A stretch of DNA of 11,912 bases, taken from the NCBI RefSeq assembly GCF_006345805.1, contig NW_021826865.1, positions 1-11,912 on the forward strand, in the 5' to 3' direction. This DNA comes from Octopus sinensis (taxonomy: Eukaryota). The notes beneath the pieces are model-generated. The model worked only from the letters and a program-made list of their open reading frames with translations. It was not told the origin of the DNA and did no database searches. How positions within the stretch are numbered: the stretch's first letter is position 1; each line of letters begins with the position of its first letter. Of this stretch, positions 9,110 to 11,912 are shown piece by piece. Position numbers and translations under genes: made by a program.

Positions 9110-9370
9110 GGTCGGAGGATCGTGGTTTCGATTCCCACACCGGGCGTTGTGTGTGTTTATTGAGCGAAAACATATGAAGCTCCACGACGCTCCGGCAGCG
9201 GGTGGTGGCGACCCCTGTTGTACTCTTTCGCCCCAACTTTCTCTCACTCTCTCTTCCTGTTTCTTGAGTAACGCTGCGATGGACTGGGGGGAGGGGAACA
9301 CATACGTCACAGAAACCAGGAAACCGGGCCCATGAGCCTGGCTAGGCTTGAAAAGGGCGCATAAAAAAAA
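9110..9370 (+). mobile_element. tRNA-derived SINE, family C, 5'-truncated
   Basis: B-box-like GGTTTCGATTCCC at 9124-9136; GC-rich body; GCTGCGATGGACTGG motif reminiscent of invertebrate and V-type SINE bodies; ends in an A-rich tail at about 9361-9371. Confidence 0.7.
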
Positions 9371-9582
9371 ATAATGTCTGTATTAGACAATTGTAAAATA
9401 ATGTTAAAACGTTCAAAAGTCTGCAAGAATCCTTCTACAAATTCTTCATGATCCAAAATGCTGATACATAAATATATATATACATGTTTGGGTACAAAGA
9501 TAGAACAGCGCATAAATACAAATTTAAATAATAAATGTGTGCGAATGTCTAGGGAACCCTGCGTGTTTTCTATATGTCTCTG

Positions 9583-9995
9583 TTACTCTTTTACTTGTTT
9601 CAGTCATTTGACTGCGGCCATGCTGGAGCACCGCCTTTAGTCGAGCAAACTCGACCCCGGCACTTATTCTTTTTGTAAGCCCAGTACTTATTCTATCGGT
9701 CTTTTTGCCAAACGCTAAGTGACGGGGACGTAAACACACACAAGCATCAAGGTTCAAGCAATCTAGGGGAACAAACACAGACACACAAACACACATACAT
9801 ATATAATATATATATATTATATAATATATATATATCATATATACGACAGGCTTCTTTCAGTTTCCGTCTACCAAATCCACTCACAAGGCTTTGGTCGGGC
9901 CCAGGCTATAGTAGAAGACACTTGCCCAAGGTGCCACGCAGTAGGACTGAACCCGCAACCATGTGGTTGGTTAGCAAGCTACTTTATCACACAGC
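9583..9995 (-). mobile_element. tRNA-derived SINE, family A, near full length
   Basis: Highly similar to 6611-7010; lacks about 12 nt of the 5' head. Confidence 0.92.
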
Positions 9996-10024
9996 GTGTG
10001 TATGTGTTGATATGCTGATGTAAC

Positions 10025-10172
10025 TATGTCGTTGAATCGGCACAATTGTTAAAGCATTAGAACGAATGCTTCGTATTATTTGTTGTGATTCTCAGTATGG
10101 TGACTTCAAATCGCACCATACTCAACTTTGCCTTTCATCTTCTGGACGGGTGGGGGTGGGGGTCGATAATAA
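10025..10172 (+). mobile_element. Diverged SINE family B copy
   Basis: TTCAAATCGCACC...CAACTTTGCCTTTCATCTT...GGGGTCGATAA matches the reverse complement of about 3628-3680. Confidence 0.7.
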
Positions 10173-10174
10173 TA

Positions 10175-10308
10175 TAAGGTTGTCCCAAAAGTTCGTAGAA
10201 AGTCTTGGAAAATAATGGTCTTTATTTTGAGGAATAATTTTTGTTGTTTTACTTGGCGAGTAAAAATTCAATTTTCGCAAGTGTTTACGAACTTTTAGGA
10301 CAACCTAA
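10175..10308. mobile_element. 134-bp mariner-type MITE
   Basis: TIRs TAAGGTTGTCCCAAAAGTTCGTA / TACGAACTTTTAGGACAACCTAA with 2 mismatches in 23 bp; TA at 10173-10174 and 10309-10310; TTAGGTTG terminus typical of mariners. Confidence 0.88.
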
Positions 10309-10482
10309 TATTACAATCATCGGCAGTGGATTCTTGAAGCTGTTAGAAGTTCGCACCAGATGGGGCTGCAGTATGTGTTGCAGTTCTGTGTGTTCTGATA
10401 GTAACGCTATCGATTACTCTGGTGCATAGCTCTATTGGTTCCCGTTGGTGGCATTTCTTTAAAAAAAAAATAAAAACTATAT

Positions 10483-10810
10483 TTACCATCAAGATGTAGG
10501 ACAAGATACTTTGATAGCCTGGGCTTCAGAGGCCCACAGCTCTTCAATATCCTCCCGAAGAACCTGAGGGACCTGCATGGGGTGGATGCGGATGTCTTTA
10601 AAGTAGGACTGGATCTCTTCCTGTCAGGTGTCCCGGATGAACCAACTTCACGGCAGGAGGTGCAGATGAGGGCAGCTGCATCGAACTCCCTCATGCACCA
10701 AATGGCAATTGTAAAATGCATTCGTGAGTAAAATCATGTAGCAACACCAAATGGCGGTGCCCCAGCATGGCCACAGCTCGTGAACTGAAACTAGATGAAA
10801 TGAAATAAAT
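10483..10810 (+). mobile_element. 5'-truncated CR1-group LINE (ORF2 C-terminus plus 3' UTR) with 15-bp TSD
   Basis: Uninterrupted frame 10483-10731: LPSRCRTRYFDSLGFRGPQLFNILPKNLRDLHGVDADVFKVGLDLFLSGVPDEP...RAAASNSLMHQ...*; tail ATGAAATGAAATAAAT; direct repeat AAATAAAAACTATAT at 10468-10482 and 10811-10825. Confidence 0.85.
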
Positions 10811-10891
10811 AAATAAAAACTATATCCGGCGTAGAGAGAGGAGACTTATATAACTGCACACTTCTTCCTCATAATATTTTACCGAATCCGG

Positions 10892-10909
10892 CACACACAC
10901 ACATACACA

Positions 10910-10960
<51 letters not shown>

Positions 10961-10988
10961 AACACACATACACACACTCACACACACG
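10892..10988. repeat. (CA)n microsatellite
   Basis: Direct reading. Confidence 0.95.
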
Positions 10989-11157
10989 CATATTGTATAA
11001 TTATATGCATAATTATAACAAGAGATCGGCTTTACACCTCGCCCCGCACTGCAAGAAATAGACTCTAAAGCTCCTATTGCCACCTTAAAATCTCCGAGAA
11101 TAATACACTATATTGTAGGCAAGCAAAAGAAAAATAATGACTCTACAAGGTTGGTTA

Positions 11158-11225
11158 ACTGTGTTTACGATCGAATTTCAAGCTTAAAGTAAAAATATTT
11201 TACCTACTGCTCTCATCAGCACAGT
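11158..11225 (-). ncRNA. Type I hammerhead-ribozyme-like motif, possibly degenerate
   Basis: Minus strand ACUGUG-CUGAUGA-GAGC...GCUU-GAAA-UUCGAUCGUAAA-CACAGU: 6-bp stem I, both core boxes, and stem II with an inner 8-bp extension. Stem III and the cleavage triplet are non-canonical. Confidence 0.6.
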
Positions 11226-11410
11226 ACTCCGTAGGATAGATATACGAGTATCTCAAAATATGCATGCGATCGGCGACATCGCATGACCAGTATCCATCTA
11301 CGCTCACAAAAATATACTCCCAAGTATAATTCAAATATGTCCTTTCTACCCACGTGTAGTGTGATAAGATCTAGACCGCAGTAAATACATTTTTGATTAT
11401 GGAGTAAATT

Positions 11411-11533
11411 TATTCATATATTAATTAAAATAAAAGGGTAAAATCAATGATAATTTCACCAGGTATTTTCACACTGACTACCTGGTAAAATTATTATTGA
11501 TTTTACGCTTTTATTATAATTGATATTTGAATA
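11411..11533. repeat. Long imperfect inverted repeat, 55-bp arms and 13-nt loop
   Basis: 11411-11465 versus the reverse complement of 11479-11533: 6 mismatches by my count, no gaps. Confidence 0.9.
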
Positions 11534-11594
11534 TATATATATATATATATATCTATCTTATATATTTAAAAAAGGAGATGTGGAACCCGAGTTT

Positions 11595-11649
<55 letters not shown>

Positions 11650-11650
11650 C
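11531..11650. repeat. Two (TA)n tracts (11531-11552 and 11598-11650)
   Basis: Direct reading. Confidence 0.9.
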
Positions 11651-11847
11651 ATAATCAATATTGACTTACGAAGGTCTCACATATTTACAGGCAAGTATAA
11701 TCTATATAGAATTGTTTTGTCTGTATGTAGGTATGTATGTTTGCTGTTCCTACTATTGATTTAGTTTCTGATGCGTCTTTGGAACGAAACAAGATATATT
11801 TAACGAATCTGTGTACAATTATATTTCATATCTTCGGGGACAATCTT

Positions 11848-11912
11848 GGTGATGAGTTGGCAGAATCTTTAGCACACCCTACAAAATGCTTGACGGCACC
11901 TCGTCTGTCTTT
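11848..11912 (+). mobile_element. Head of a diverged SINE family B copy, running off the window
   Basis: GGTGATGAGTTGGCAGAATCTTTAGCAC...AAATGCTTGACGGCACCTCGTCTGTC resembles the reverse complement of about 3692-3753. Confidence 0.75.

Noticed and set aside
520-9995. Family A copies as LTRs of one large element
   Set aside because: They have Pol III boxes and LINE-like tails, occur in both orientations, lack TG...CA ends, and enclose no gag/pol sequence.
607-11083. The short ORFs in the supplied track as protein-coding genes
   Set aside because: Most translate microsatellites (YI, CV, HT runs) or SINEs, or are antisense to transposon pseudogenes. Only 1329-1514 and the end of 3087-3275 overlap real but decayed Penelope-like coding sequence.

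Overview
Eukaryotic, AT-rich, non-genic DNA made almost entirely of interspersed and simple repeats. The SINE families resemble ones I recall from octopus (coleoid cephalopod) genomes; this attribution is recall, not a database result. No intact host gene is supported, and the supplied ORFs are microsatellite or repeat artefacts or pseudogene fragments. Contents: five copies or fragments of a tRNA-derived SINE with an internal microsatellite (family A); three of a second tRNA-SINE (family B); one of a third SINE (family C); a decayed Penelope-like retroelement (YRDD-type RT) split into two oppositely oriented pieces with a Tc2/pogo-type MITE at the junction; an internally deleted IR/DR-type Tc1 transposon; a 134-bp mariner-type MITE; a 5'-truncated CR1-group LINE with a 15-bp TSD whose 3' tail matches the family A SINE tail; and a possible Helentron/DINE-like element. 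Most notable structures: a hammerhead-ribozyme-like motif (11158-11225, minus strand) near a 55-bp-arm hairpin (11411-11533), and a 100-bp near-perfect palindrome formed from a SINE tail (7476-7575).
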